Source: an uncultured Gammaproteobacteria bacterium (GTDB lineage: Bacteria > Patescibacteriota > Microgenomatia > UBA10105 > UBA927). Taken from it: a stretch of DNA of 64,000 nt. The DNA lies in contig CAYUZE010000005.1 in assembly GCA_964449585.1 (NCBI GenBank), forward strand, positions 46,596 to 110,595, written 5' to 3'. Both the position numbers and the translations under genes were made by a program. Shown in pieces: positions 46,834 through 59,928 of this stretch (its first letter is position 1; the number at the start of each line of letters is the position of its first letter). Under the pieces are notes generated by a model. The model made no database searches. It was not told the origin of the DNA and saw only the letters and a list, made by a program, of their open reading frames with translations.

Positions 46834-47415
46834 ATGTCACAACGCATTGAGGCGAGCCCGTTGTATCAGATATTTCTTGCTCCGCCAAAAGAACACGATC
46901 GTGTGGAATTGATCGGATGGCGGAGTAAGGTCGTCCCCTTCTCCCGTCCGACCCGCAGGCTTGGCGATCGCGATTGGATTCTTCTGACGGGTTGCTTTGA
47001 CGGGAAAGCCCTTTCCGAAGGACATCTTTCCCTTTTTCAGGCATTGGCGAGTATAGCCCCCCTCATTGTTGCGGTGGAGTCGGATGAGACGCTTTTGTGG
47101 AATAAAGGAATGTTCCGCCCGTATATGCATCAGGAAGATCGGGCAGCCCGCGTCGCGAAGCGTCCAGAGGTGGCTGCCGTCATCCCCTTTTCCGATGTGG
47201 TGTTTTACGGTGGCAGGTACCCTGTCCAAAAAAGCCGCGCACGGTTTGTCGAACGTTTCACCATACTTCACCCGCCGATGGTACCCATCGCATCGGAAGA
47301 TCCGTTGAATGCCTACCCGTTTGGAATGAATGCCGATGCGAAACGCATCGGGGCGACCCGTTTGGTCTATGAGTATTACCCTTCCCAATCCACGTCACAA
47401 CGGCTGGGATACTGA
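46834..47415 (+). CDS. Cytidylyl/nucleotidyltransferase-like protein, divergent
   Basis: TGCFD....GH, VAVESD, KG..RP, C-terminal STS as in the HIGH-family RfaE/TagD group. Confidence 0.65.
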   Translation: MSQRIEASPLYQIFLAPPKEHDRVELIGWRSKVVPFSRPTRRLGDRDWILLTGCFDGKALSEGHLSLFQALASIAPLIVAVESDETLLWNKGMFRPYMHQEDRAARVAKRPEVAAVIPFSDVVFYGGRYPVQKSRARFVERFTILHPPMVPIASEDPLNAYPFGMNADAKRIGATRLVYEYYPSQSTSQRLGY

Positions 47416-47417
47416 GG

Positions 47418-49940
47418 TTATTTCGTAAGGCATGTTGCCGCGGCAATCGTGTCTGATTTATCCGCAAACCGCATCAAGATAACGCCGCTGGTTGCCCGGG
47501 AAAGTTGCGGAATGGATTTCATCGGCAGCTTTACCACCTGTCCTTTAGTGGAAGTCAGAATGACCTCTTCGCAATCCGCCGGCACCAGTTGGCTTACGGC
47601 GATTTTCCCCGTTTTGTCTTTAATTTCCGCGACTTTTACTCCCTGTCCTCCCCGTTTCTGTTTGGGGAATCCTGATACGGCGGTCTTTTTGCCCAATCCC
47701 TTTTCCATGACCGTCAAAAAGTCTGCTTTTTTGGTTTCATCGTTAATGACTTCCATGGCGACCACGTAGTCGCCCGGTTTGGCAAGAATGCCCCGAACCC
47801 CCATGGTGTCACGACCTGTGTGGCGGACTTCACTTTCACTGAAACGGATTGATTTTCCTTCGTGGGTAACGAGCAATACGTCATCGTCGCCGCTCGTCAG
47901 TTTTGCCCAGATAAGCTCATCGCCCGCTTCGAGTTTGATCGCTAAAAGCCCGTTTCTGCGGATATTTTCATATTCCGAAAGTTTGGTTTTTTTAACGACG
48001 CCCTTCTTGGTGGCCATTAAGATGTAGTTAATGCCCTTTTCTTTTTGTTCCGTTCGTTTCAGGCTATAGGTAAGCATCGAGGTTACCTTCTCGCTACTTT
48101 CGATGTTGATAAGGTTAACAACCGCCTGTCCTTTGGATTGGCGGCTTGCTTCCGGGATATCCCACACGCGCACTTGATATACTTTCCCTTTCTCGGTGAA
48201 AAAGAGCATATTGTCATGCGTTTGTGCGGCAACCAGCCGGTCAATGGCATCTTCTTCTTTGGTCGTCATGCCGATCACTCCCTTACCTCCCCGTTCCTGG
48301 AGCTTGAAGGTGGTTCGTGGCACGCGTTTGATGTAGCCGGTCTCGGTCATGGTAATGATGGTTTCCTCATTGGCGATAAGCTGTTCGTCGGAGAGTTCAC
48401 CGACTTTACTCTTATACACGCGGGTCTTTCGGTTATCGCCGTATTTTTCTTTGAGCTTTGTGAGTTCTTCCTTGATGACCTTAAGTACTTTTTCCGGGTG
48501 GGCAAGTAAATCTTCAAGGTATGCGATCGTTTCGCGAATCATGGCGAGCTCGTCTTCGATCTTCTGGCGCTCCAAAGCGGCGAGTTTCCGTAGCTGCATG
48601 TCGAGGATTGCCGTTGCCTGAATTTCGGAAAGCTTAAAACGAGCCATCAGTTTTGCCTTGGCATCGTCGGCATCTTTGGCTTTTTTGATGATCGCGATTA
48701 CTTCATCAATGTGATCGACCGCAATTTTGAGTCCTTCGAGAATATGTTCTCTGGCCTTTGCTTCCTTGAGTTCATATTCACTTCTTCGATAAATGACGTC
48801 ATGGCGGTGTTTCAGATACTCTTCGAGTATTTCGCGAAGGGTCAACGTTCGTGGGGTACCGTCCACCAGGGCTACCACGTTCATCGGGAAGGTCGATTGC
48901 AGTTCGGTATATTTATACAGATTGTTTAAGACTTTGTTGGGTTGGGCATCGCGCTTGAGTTCCACGACCACGCGAATGCCGCGTCGGTCGGATTCGTCAC
49001 GAAGATCGGATATGCCTTCCAGACGTTTGTCCTTTACGAGATCGGCGATTTTTGCCACCAGGTTTGCCTTGTTGACCTGGTACGGCAACTCGGTGATGGC
49101 GATCATGCTTTTCCCGTTACCGATTTCCTCGATCTCGGCCTTACCGCGCATGACGATCTTGCCTTTGCCGGTCGAATAGGCGTTTCTGATTTCATTGATG
49201 TCATAAATCGCTCCCGCCGTCGGAAAATCGGGTCCCTGGACAAAATTCATCAGATCCTCGAGCGTGACGTCAAAGGTCATACCGAATTTTTTCGATTCTC
49301 CTTCTTCGGTGACTACCGCGGTCGCCTTCTTATCAATAGTGGCTTTGCCGATCATGAAGATGATGGCATCCACAAGCTCCGTGAGATTGTGCGGCGGGAT
49401 TTTGGTTGCCATACCGACGGCGATACCTTCACTTCCCATAAGCAGCAGATTCGGGAGTTTCGCGGGAAGATACACCGGTTCCGGGATCGAGCCGTCAAAG
49501 TTCGGGATGAAATTGACGGTTTCCTTTTCGATATCCAAAAGCATCTCATCGGCGATTGAATCCAACCGGCATTCGGTGTACCGCATGGCGGCGGCGGGAT
49601 CGCCGTCAATGGATCCGAAGTTGCCCTGACCGTCCACGAGCGTATACCGCATCGAGAAATCCTGTGCCAAGCGAACAAGCGCCTCATAGACGGATGAATC
49701 GCCGTGCGGATGATATTTACCCAACACGTCTCCTACCACCGTTGCACTTTTTTTGTATTTGCTGCTGTGGTGGAGTCCTGCCTGATGCATGGCGTAGAGA
49801 ATTCTCCGGTGCACGGGCTTTAATCCGTCGCGCACATCGGGAAGCGCGCGGGCGACGATAACACTCATCGCATAGTCCATATAGGACTTCTGCATTTCGG
49901 TGACTATTTCGCTGGGTTGAATTTTTCCGATGTGAGCCAT
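47418..49940 (-). CDS. gyrA: DNA gyrase subunit A
   Basis: [22 protein letters not shown], GyrA-box QERGGKG. Confidence 0.97.
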   Translation of the reverse strand: MAHIGKIQPSEIVTEMQKSYMDYAMSVIVARALPDVRDGLKPVHRRILYAMHQAGLHHSSKYKKSATVVGDVLGKYHPHGDSSVYEALVRLAQDFSMRYTLVDGQGNFGSIDGDPAAAMRYTECRLDSIADEMLLDIEKETVNFIPNFDGSIPEPVYLPAKLPNLLLMGSEGIAVGMATKIPPHNLTELVDAIIFMIGKATIDKKATAVVTEEGESKKFGMTFDVTLEDLMNFVQGPDFPTAGAIYDINEIRNAYSTGKGKIVMRGKAEIEEIGNGKSMIAITELPYQVNKANLVAKIADLVKDKRLEGISDLRDESDRRGIRVVVELKRDAQPNKVLNNLYKYTELQSTFPMNVVALVDGTPRTLTLREILEEYLKHRHDVIYRRSEYELKEAKAREHILEGLKIAVDHIDEVIAIIKKAKDADDAKAKLMARFKLSEIQATAILDMQLRKLAALERQKIEDELAMIRETIAYLEDLLAHPEKVLKVIKEELTKLKEKYGDNRKTRVYKSKVGELSDEQLIANEETIITMTETGYIKRVPRTTFKLQERGGKGVIGMTTKEEDAIDRLVAAQTHDNMLFFTEKGKVYQVRVWDIPEASRQSKGQAVVNLINIESSEKVTSMLTYSLKRTEQKEKGINYILMATKKGVVKKTKLSEYENIRRNGLLAIKLEAGDELIWAKLTSGDDDVLLVTHEGKSIRFSESEVRHTGRDTMGVRGILAKPGDYVVAMEVINDETKKADFLTVMEKGLGKKTAVSGFPKQKRGGQGVKVAEIKDKTGKIAVSQLVPADCEEVILTSTKGQVVKLPMKSIPQLSRATSGVILMRFADKSDTIAAATCLTK

Positions 49941-49943
49941 AGG

Positions 49944-50462
49944 TTATTTGTGTGCAATACCGTCGGTAATTTCCTTTTGTGCCACTTCCTTCCCTTTCCA
50001 TTCCTTGAGTTTCACCCATTTACCGGGTTCGAGTTCTTTGTAGTGTTCAAAGAAATGTTTAATCTTCGCTTTTACGGGTTCGGGAATATCGGAAACATCT
50101 TTCATCGTGCCGTAGAACGGATCGGATTTTTCCGAAGGAACCGCAACAACCTTTGCGTCAACTCCCGATTCATCCTCCATCTCAAGCAGGCCGATGGGGG
50201 TGACATTTACCATGACGCCGGGGTGTAACGGTTGACTGCAGAGCACCATGACATCCACGGGATCACCGTCGCCCGACTTTGTGTTCGGGACAAATCCGTA
50301 GTTTGCCGGATACCCCATGGTGGTGCGGACGAAACGATCCACCATAATGACTTCGGCTTCCTTGTCCATTTCATACTTCACCATGCATCCTTCGGGGATT
50401 TCGATGATGACGTTTATATCTTCGGGCGGGTTTTTTCCTGGTTTGATTGCTGATAGGTTCAT
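49944..50462 (-). CDS. ppa: Inorganic pyrophosphatase (family I)
   Basis: KYE.DK, YPANYG, DGDPVD, FFEHYK.LE. Confidence 0.96.
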   Translation of the reverse strand: MNLSAIKPGKNPPEDINVIIEIPEGCMVKYEMDKEAEVIMVDRFVRTTMGYPANYGFVPNTKSGDGDPVDVMVLCSQPLHPGVMVNVTPIGLLEMEDESGVDAKVVAVPSEKSDPFYGTMKDVSDIPEPVKAKIKHFFEHYKELEPGKWVKLKEWKGKEVAQKEITDGIAHK

Positions 50463-50483
50463 AATGCCTCCTTTGATAAATAA

Positions 50484-52406
<1,923 letters not shown>

Positions 52407-52468
52407 TTACTGCCTTCTCAAGAAAAAAGAGAGCGACATACACGACGCTCAAAAATCATTGTACCCGA

Positions 52469-53182
52469 TCATATTTTGGTTGTCCAGCGAGTTGTTGGAT
52501 TGTTTTCTTCATCGGTGATAAGGGCGTGTTCGAGGGCAAGAAGCGGGTGAATATTCCCCTGTATCCGTTGCTTTGCCCGCATGAGACGATGGATCAATCG
52601 GGTGGTGAAAAGTACTTTTTTGTCCACGGTTATTGTCGAAACATGGGTGCGAAGGGATTGTGCAAGAACCACCGTCGCGGCATCGATCCAGGCGACCATT
52701 TCTTCCTTTGATTTGCCGATCGTCTCCGCAAACGCAATGCGTTCTCCGACCGGGGTAGTCGCAAGTTCGGTGAGAAACTCGGTCATTTTACCCGAGCCGT
52801 CGCCTACGGGTGCCGTTGATTTCCCCTTAACGGTGATCTTGGTGCATCGGGATACCACCGTCGGAAGCAAAGTCGCATCATTGGGAGCCGAAAGAATAAG
52901 AATTGCATGCGCGGGCGGTTCCTCAAGTGTTTTTAACAGTGCCTGCTGTGCTTCTACGGTGAGCAGTTCCGCTTGCGGAATAATACCCGCGCTCATTGTG
53001 CCGTGTGTCGGGCGGAGTGCAATTGTCTTGATAAAGGCACGGATTTGTTCAATCCCGATCGTCGGTCCCGTGAGTTCGGGTGAGGTGGCATCAAACGCGT
53101 GTATGTCGAGCATTGCGGTACGTCGTGCAATTTCTTTGGTTCGTTCCGGCAGGTCACCGCCGGTAATAAGATAGGCATGCAT
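52469..53182 (-). CDS. holB: DNA polymerase III delta' subunit-like
   Basis: IGIEQIR, AQQALLKTLEEPP, LPTVVSRC. Confidence 0.8.
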   Translation of the reverse strand: MHAYLITGGDLPERTKEIARRTAMLDIHAFDATSPELTGPTIGIEQIRAFIKTIALRPTHGTMSAGIIPQAELLTVEAQQALLKTLEEPPAHAILILSAPNDATLLPTVVSRCTKITVKGKSTAPVGDGSGKMTEFLTELATTPVGERIAFAETIGKSKEEMVAWIDAATVVLAQSLRTHVSTITVDKKVLFTTRLIHRLMRAKQRIQGNIHPLLALEHALITDEENNPTTRWTTKI

Positions 53183-53297
53183 AGATTTTCGTGTTTGTAC
53201 TATAGTACTTTGGCTTTCCCCTTGCAAAGCCGTTTGTTACCATGAATAATGGATATACCGACGTCTGTTGGTACGTTGTGGTCGTACGGTAATCGCT

Positions 53298-55013
53298 ATG
53301 CCTGCCCAAGATATCGTTTCCATTCTTATTGCCGAAAATAAATTATCCGCCGATAAGGGCGATAAAATCCGCACCGAATCGCTTAATTCCGGCATCCCCG
53401 TCGAAGACCTGCTGGTGGGAAAATACGGCATATCTCATGATGACTATTCGCGTGCCAAAGCAGAGTCACTGGGCATTCCGTTTGTGACCGTTTCCGGTCG
53501 TGCCATTTCTCCCGACGTCATCAATTTTATTCCCGAGCCGGTAGCCAGACGATATACGTTGGTGCCCTTTCAAATCGATCCCGACGAACGTGCCGCGCTT
53601 TCGGTTGCGATGGTCGACCCCCTGGACTTTCAGGTAGTCGAGTTTTTGGAAAAGAAATCGGGACATTCGATCCGTCCCTACATGGGACTGAAGGACGATA
53701 TTCTCTCGGCAATTGATGAACTCTACACCCAAAACCTGGGGGCGGATGTTACCGCGGCACTTGAGGAATCATCCCCCGCGATTAAAACATATGAGGCCGG
53801 GCGACTCGGGGAAGTGATTCGCGAGGCTCCGATTGCGCAAATCGTATCGGCGATTCTTGAGCAGGCAATTCGTATCAGAGCATCCGACGTCCATATCGAA
53901 CCGCAGATTGCGGAAACACGGGTGCGGTATCGGGTTGACGGTATATTGCAGGAGCGACTGGTGCTTCCCCGAAGGCTTCAGGAAGCCGTTATTTCCCGTA
54001 TCAAAATTCTTGCGGATTTGAAAATCGATGAAAAGCGGGTGCCGCAGGACGGTCGGTTCAATTTTAAAATGGGAGAAAGCGAAGTGGACCTTCGTGTCTC
54101 TACCCTGCCTACCGTACACGGCGAAAAGGTCGTCATGCGGTTGCTCAAAAAATCGGGAGGAATTCCCACGCTTAATGAGTTGGGGCTCCGCGGGTTGGCG
54201 CTGAAGCACCTTGAGACGGCAATCCGAAGACCGCACGGCGTCATTCTGGTAACCGGTCCTACGGGAAGCGGTAAAACGACCACCCTGTATTCGGTGCTTG
54301 CGATATTAAACAATGCAAAAGTAAATATCATGACCCTTGAAGATCCGGTCGAGTATGAGATCGGTGGCGTCAATCAGGTGCAGATTAATCCGGCGGCTGG
54401 CTTGACGTTTGCTACCGGTCTTCGCAGTTTCCTTCGTCAGGACCCCAACATTATTCTTGTCGGAGAAATTCGCGATCAGGAAACGGCGGAACTGGCGATT
54501 CAGGCTGCCCTTACGGGTCATTTGGTCTTTTCCACGTTACACACCAACAACGCGGCGGGGGCAATTCCGCGGTTGATTGATTTGGGGGCGGAACCCTTCC
54601 TTGTTGCTTCAGCGCTTAACGCGGTGGTAGGACAACGTATTGCGCGAAGACTCTGTCCGACCTGTAAGGAAGAATATGTGCCCGAAGAACCGGTGTTGGT
54701 GGATTTGCGTCGTGTTGTGGGGACGCTTTGGCCCCAGGATAAACCGATGGTGCTGTATCGCGGGAAAGGAACCGTGGACGGCAAGCAATGTGAAAGTTGC
54801 GGCGGTTCGGGCTATCTGGGGCGACTCGGGGTGTTTGAAGTATTTCCGATCACCGATGCCATAAGCAAATTAACGCTTACCCGGGCACCCATGAGTGAGA
54901 TTGAAAAACAGGCGATTGCCGAGGGAATGATTACTATGAAGCAGGACGGTTATTTGAAGGCGCTTGAAGGAGTGACGACGATCGAAGAAGTGCTTCGCGT
55001 CGCCCAAGACTAA
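53298..55013 (+). CDS. pilB: Type IV pilus assembly ATPase (PilB/GspE)
   Basis: ASDVHIEP, PQDGR, GPTGSGKTTT, LRQDP, tetracysteine motif. Confidence 0.93.
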   Translation: MPAQDIVSILIAENKLSADKGDKIRTESLNSGIPVEDLLVGKYGISHDDYSRAKAESLGIPFVTVSGRAISPDVINFIPEPVARRYTLVPFQIDPDERAALSVAMVDPLDFQVVEFLEKKSGHSIRPYMGLKDDILSAIDELYTQNLGADVTAALEESSPAIKTYEAGRLGEVIREAPIAQIVSAILEQAIRIRASDVHIEPQIAETRVRYRVDGILQERLVLPRRLQEAVISRIKILADLKIDEKRVPQDGRFNFKMGESEVDLRVSTLPTVHGEKVVMRLLKKSGGIPTLNELGLRGLALKHLETAIRRPHGVILVTGPTGSGKTTTLYSVLAILNNAKVNIMTLEDPVEYEIGGVNQVQINPAAGLTFATGLRSFLRQDPNIILVGEIRDQETAELAIQAALTGHLVFSTLHTNNAAGAIPRLIDLGAEPFLVASALNAVVGQRIARRLCPTCKEEYVPEEPVLVDLRRVVGTLWPQDKPMVLYRGKGTVDGKQCESCGGSGYLGRLGVFEVFPITDAISKLTLTRAPMSEIEKQAIAEGMITMKQDGYLKALEGVTTIEEVLRVAQD

Positions 55014-55018
55014 CGACT

Positions 55019-56071
55019 ATGGACATGCAGCAAATGTTTGCCGAAGCGGCAAGAAAAGAAGCATCCGACATCCATTATATCGTGGGATTTCCTCCCATGC
55101 TTCGGGTCAACGGGGTGCTCCTTCCCGTTGAAGGCACGAGTATCCTGACCGATGAGGATGCCAGAAGGCTTTTGTATTCCACCTTCACCGACGACCAAAA
55201 AGAAATATTTGAAACAAACAAGGAAATTGACTATTCATTAGCCACGCCGGTCGGCCGGTTTCGGGTGAATGTCTACGTACAGAAAAATACCATTGCGGGA
55301 GCATTCCGGTTAATTCCCCAAAAAATTAAAACGATCGACGAATTAGGGCTTCCCAATATCTGCCACCAGTTTGTGAAACTCAGGCAGGGTTTGGTGCTGG
55401 TAACGGGTCCGACGGGTCACGGCAAATCCACCACGCTGGCCTCCATGATCAATATGATCAATATGAACAAAGGGACGCATATCATTACGATCGAAGATCC
55501 GATCGAGTACGTGTACCCTTTCGCCCAATCGATCGTATCCCAACGGGAAATGCACAGCGATACGCACTCATGGAATGTGGCGCTCAGGAGCGTGCTCCGT
55601 GAAGATCCCGATGTTGTCTTAATCGGCGAAATGCGTGATTTTGAGACGATCCAATCGGCGATTACGATTGCGGAAACGGGTCATTTGGTATTTGCGACCC
55701 TCCACACCAATTCCGCCGCACAAACGATTGACCGTATTGTTGACGTGTTCCCGGAAAACCAGCAAACGCAAATCCGGTTGCAGCTATCCAACGTACTTGA
55801 GGGAGTTTTGTCGCTCCGGCTTGTACCCGCTGTGGCGGGCGGACGCCTCCCCGTATCGGAAATCCTTACGGCAACTCCCGCGGTGCGTACGCTGATCCGC
55901 GAAGGAAAGACCCATCAGATCGATAACATTATTCAGACGAGTGCCGAATACGGTATGATGACTCTTGAAACATCCCTTGCAACATTGGTAAAGGCAGGCA
56001 GCATTAGTCTTGAGGTTGCCAACTCCTATGCGCTTCGCCCGGAGGAACTGGGAAGATTGTTGCAAAAATAA
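55019..56071 (+). CDS. pilT: Type IV pilus retraction ATPase
   Basis: GPTGHGKSTT, LREDPD, AETGH, AVRTLIRE (AIRNLIRE-like). Confidence 0.94.
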   Translation: MDMQQMFAEAARKEASDIHYIVGFPPMLRVNGVLLPVEGTSILTDEDARRLLYSTFTDDQKEIFETNKEIDYSLATPVGRFRVNVYVQKNTIAGAFRLIPQKIKTIDELGLPNICHQFVKLRQGLVLVTGPTGHGKSTTLASMINMINMNKGTHIITIEDPIEYVYPFAQSIVSQREMHSDTHSWNVALRSVLREDPDVVLIGEMRDFETIQSAITIAETGHLVFATLHTNSAAQTIDRIVDVFPENQQTQIRLQLSNVLEGVLSLRLVPAVAGGRLPVSEILTATPAVRTLIREGKTHQIDNIIQTSAEYGMMTLETSLATLVKAGSISLEVANSYALRPEELGRLLQK

Positions 56072-56080
56072 TAAAACGCT

Positions 56081-57289
56081 ATGGCATACTTTTCCTACAA
56101 GGCGCGCGATCTCCGCGGCAAATCAGCGACCGGTTTTGTGGAAGCGCCCACAAAAGAGGCGGCAACCCGTCTTCTTCATGACAAACAATTGTTTGTCATA
56201 AATCTTACCGAATCACGCAGGCAGGAACAGGGAATCGGCTCCGTAAAGCTGAGAAGAGTGGGGTTTGGTGAAATCGTCAATTTCACCCGCCAGCTTGCCA
56301 CCATGGTGGTTGCCGGCTTATCCCTCCCTGAGGCGCTTTCAATTCTTCGTGCCCAGACACCCAACCCTGCATTCGTCACGGTATTAAACGAAATCGAACA
56401 CCAGATCATCAGCGGCGGCAATCTGGGTGACGCGCTTGCCAAATATCCCCAACACTTCTCCGCCATCTATATCGCCCTTGTTCGGGCGGGAGAATCCTCC
56501 GGTCAACTCGATCAGGTATTGGCGCGGCTTGCCGACAGCATGGAATCCCAGCGGGATTTCCGCAGTAAGGTATCGGGTGCAATGATTTATCCCGTCATTA
56601 TCATGGTCGGTATGGGCATCGTGGTGATGATTATGATGACCGTTGTTATCCCGAAGCTGACCGAACTTTATAATGATTTCGGCGTCGACTTGCCGTTTGC
56701 AACGCAGCTGTTGATTTCCATATCGCAATTTTTCGTTCACTATTGGTGGCTTATGCTTGCGGCGGGGTTCGGTGGATTCTACGGATTTATGAAATGGAAG
56801 GCAACGAAAGTGGGTCAGTTGGTGGTAGACACGATTTTGCTCAGTATTCCCCTCTTCGGAGAATTGCAGAAGAAAATTATTCTCGTTGAATTTACCCGGA
56901 CGCTATCCATGTTGATAAGCTCCGGTATTCGGCTGCTTGATGCGCTCACCATATTGAAAGACGCGCTGGACAACGTGCTCTTTCGGAACGCGATTGTCGA
57001 AATCTCCAAAAAAGTTGAGCGCGGGTTCCCTCTGGGAGATACCTTTGCCCAATATCCGGTATTCCCGCCGATCGTATCGCAAATGATGAAAGTGGGAGAA
57101 GAAACCGGAAAACTTGACGACACGCTGCTTAAGTTGTCCAAGTATTTTGCGTCCGAATCGGAAAATCTCGTGAAAGGGCTTACGACTGCGATTGAACCTA
57201 TCATCATGGTGGTATTGGGAGTCGGTGTCGGATTTATCGTTATCGCGGTTATCACTCCGATTTACAACCTTACCTCTCAATTCAAATAA
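56081..57289 (+). CDS. pilC: Type IV pilus platform protein (PilC/GspF)
   Basis: FTRQLATM, GESSG.L, A..YP, GEETG.L, IEP. Confidence 0.94.
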   Translation: MAYFSYKARDLRGKSATGFVEAPTKEAATRLLHDKQLFVINLTESRRQEQGIGSVKLRRVGFGEIVNFTRQLATMVVAGLSLPEALSILRAQTPNPAFVTVLNEIEHQIISGGNLGDALAKYPQHFSAIYIALVRAGESSGQLDQVLARLADSMESQRDFRSKVSGAMIYPVIIMVGMGIVVMIMMTVVIPKLTELYNDFGVDLPFATQLLISISQFFVHYWWLMLAAGFGGFYGFMKWKATKVGQLVVDTILLSIPLFGELQKKIILVEFTRTLSMLISSGIRLLDALTILKDALDNVLFRNAIVEISKKVERGFPLGDTFAQYPVFPPIVSQMMKVGEETGKLDDTLLKLSKYFASESENLVKGLTTAIEPIIMVVLGVGVGFIVIAVITPIYNLTSQFK

Positions 57290-57374
57290 CGGGAATTGCA
57301 TTAGCCGTGTGAGGCGGATAGTTTTCCATGCCCCTATTGACAAGCCAATTTGAAGCGTGATACACCATATATAT

Positions 57375-57887
57375 ATGAGAAATTATTTTGCCCAAAATAA
57401 AGGCTTCACGCTTATTGAACTTCTTATCGTTATCGCACTTCTGGGTGCATTGGCAGTTGGACTTTTGGCTACTATTGATCCGTTTGAGCAATTGAAGAAA
57501 GGTCGTGATACCTCGCTTCGCAATACGGTATCGGAGTTTTATAACGCAAATCTCCGGTATTACTCTACCAAAGGACAGTTCCCGTGGGGTACCGACGCGA
57601 CGGCCGGGAGTTCGTATCCTGCGTTTACAAGTTGGATCGCCGAACTTATCACGGTGGGAGAACTCAAAGCCCGATTCCAAGAGTTAGCCGGTACGGGTAA
57701 CCTTGCCAAGATTTACGTCAACTCGACCAGCGGCGAGCATTTGTCCGCCTGCTTTAAGCCTGAATCAAAGGCATTTCAGGAAGATTTGAACACGATCTAT
57801 GATTCAAGTGGCGTCACTTCATCTGTCACTTGCAAATCACAAACGACCGGTACGGCCGGATCTGAATGCTACTTCTGTATTCAGTAA
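57375..57887 (+). CDS. Type IV pilin
   Basis: KG|FTLIELL class III signal; C-terminal Cys residues. Confidence 0.92.
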   Translation: MRNYFAQNKGFTLIELLIVIALLGALAVGLLATIDPFEQLKKGRDTSLRNTVSEFYNANLRYYSTKGQFPWGTDATAGSSYPAFTSWIAELITVGELKARFQELAGTGNLAKIYVNSTSGEHLSACFKPESKAFQEDLNTIYDSSGVTSSVTCKSQTTGTAGSECYFCIQ

Positions 57888-57915
57888 ACACACGCCTGCC
57901 TAAGCGAACGACTGC

Positions 57916-59928
57916 ATGATCGGATCCTGGATTATCGGTGCATCCTCGGTTATTCTTTTTCTCATCTTTCAAGCGACGGGGATATTCGGCGGAGATAGCG
58001 GGGATATGGTAACGGCGGCTGTGGTGCGCGGTGTTCCCCATCCGCCCGGCTACCCGCTTTATACGTTCTTGGGGTGGCTAGCTTCTCTGCTTCCCGTTTC
58101 GACGCCTTCCTGGCGTGTCACGTTGCTTTCATCGATCCCGCACGCGGTTGCGGTCGCGATACTCTATGCATTTTTACTGCGGCTTACGAAGAAAAATATT
58201 GTTGCCGGTATCTTCGGCGTACTGCTTATTGTCGGCAACTATTTATTCTTTCTTTATAGCATCACCGCAGAGGTATTCGCGCTGTTCGACCTGTTTATTA
58301 TCGGTATCCTCTATCTCCTGTTTTGTTGGCAGGAAACAAAAAACCCCGTTCACCTTCGCATGGCAGCCATGCTCTTCGGCCTTGCCATGGCGCATCACCA
58401 CCTGATCCTTTTTTTTGTGCCCGCTATTTTTTATTTTCTTTATACGGAACGCAAGGTGCTGGCAAAAAAAATATCGCTTCGATGGCTTGGTATCACGGGC
58501 GGTCTTTTATTGGTTGCCGTTATTGTCCCCACCCTTTATATTCCCGTCGCCGCATCATCCGATCCCATTATTAACTGGGATCGCGCAGTCACCTGGGAGG
58601 GGTTTGTGCGACTCATTACGCGGGCGGATTACGGTACCTTTGTTTCCGGCGGCTCCATCGGTCATACGCTGAAAGAACGATGGATTGCCGTGATCGCTTA
58701 TAGCAATTTTCTTCGCATCGACTGGACGGCTATCGGGATTATCCTCTCGCTACTCGGACTTGCCTCATGGTATAAGACCCGCAGGACGTGGTGGGCTACC
58801 TGGATGATCGCGTTTCTTTCCATAGGACCGCTGTTTTTCTTTTATGCGAGTTTTCCGCTTGCAAGCCGTTTTACGCTGGGTACGTATGAACGTTTTTTAC
58901 TGCCCAGTTATCTTCTCCTTGCCCTTGCGGCAGGGAGCGGATTTTCCTGGCTGATAACAAGCGTTGCGCGAATGGCAAAAAAACGCTTTTCTGTGCCTCT
59001 TGCTCGCGGTATCGTGGGGGTGTTATCCCTTATCCTTCTGTGTTACCCGCTCTCGTTTATGGGAATGTCGCTATGGCGATTTTGGGGAATCTCCGCCGAT
59101 AAAACAGCCGATCAGTTAGGGATCGATATCCTTTCCCAAACGGCTCCCGGTGCGGTGCTTTTGCTGAGCCAGGATACCGCACTCTTTACGACGCAATATG
59201 TTCGTTACGGCTTGGGCATTCGACCGGATACCGCGGTCATTCATGCCTCAAGACTTCCCGCTTCTGATTATCAGCTCGTGCTCAAAAAACACTTTCCGAC
59301 GCTGGTATTTCCCGCTGCGGATCCCGTTGACGTAACCGCATCGTTTATTAAGGAAAATGTGAAGGAAAACCGGCGCGTGTATAGCAACACTAACTTGCCG
59401 ATCGGGGAGGGGTGGTATTGGGTACCGAGGGGACTTATTTATGAAGCGTTGCCCTATGAAAGACTCCCTGATGCGAGATCAATGTACAATGATGCGGCGA
59501 AGCTCACCGCCGCGATGCATGATCCGCTATCGGGTATTCTCTCCCGGTATCCCCATCTCATGCTTTCCGACGTACTGGATGTCTATGCGACCGGCAGGAT
59601 TGCATTGGGAAAAACACTTCTTCGGGCGGAGCTTTGGGAAGAAGCACGAAAGGAATTTGAAGCCGCCGTTTCTCTGGGAGGCGATACGAGTCTTACCGAA
59701 GCGCTGGAAATGGTCGGTCTCACCCATTTATATTTTAAGGAATGCGACAAGGCCATCGCCGCGTTTTCCGAGGCAAAGATGCGGTCATTTGTGGTAAGTC
59801 CCGTGCATCTTAAAATGGAATCTATCGCCTACGGCGAGTGTAAGGGCGATGAAGCGCGTGCGCGGGAGATTTTTTCCGAATATGAGAAACAGAAACGGGA
59901 AGCCGAACAGCCATTAGAGACACTGTAA
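57916..59928 (+). CDS. DUF2723 (TMEM260-like) GT-C glycosyltransferase with C-terminal TPR
   Basis: GDSGD, GVPHPPGYPLY, AEVF, HH motifs; multi-TM. Confidence 0.85.
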   Translation: MIGSWIIGASSVILFLIFQATGIFGGDSGDMVTAAVVRGVPHPPGYPLYTFLGWLASLLPVSTPSWRVTLLSSIPHAVAVAILYAFLLRLTKKNIVAGIFGVLLIVGNYLFFLYSITAEVFALFDLFIIGILYLLFCWQETKNPVHLRMAAMLFGLAMAHHHLILFFVPAIFYFLYTERKVLAKKISLRWLGITGGLLLVAVIVPTLYIPVAASSDPIINWDRAVTWEGFVRLITRADYGTFVSGGSIGHTLKERWIAVIAYSNFLRIDWTAIGIILSLLGLASWYKTRRTWWATWMIAFLSIGPLFFFYASFPLASRFTLGTYERFLLPSYLLLALAAGSGFSWLITSVARMAKKRFSVPLARGIVGVLSLILLCYPLSFMGMSLWRFWGISADKTADQLGIDILSQTAPGAVLLLSQDTALFTTQYVRYGLGIRPDTAVIHASRLPASDYQLVLKKHFPTLVFPAADPVDVTASFIKENVKENRRVYSNTNLPIGEGWYWVPRGLIYEALPYERLPDARSMYNDAAKLTAAMHDPLSGILSRYPHLMLSDVLDVYATGRIALGKTLLRAELWEEARKEFEAAVSLGGDTSLTEALEMVGLTHLYFKECDKAIAAFSEAKMRSFVVSPVHLKMESIAYGECKGDEARAREIFSEYEKQKREAEQPLETL

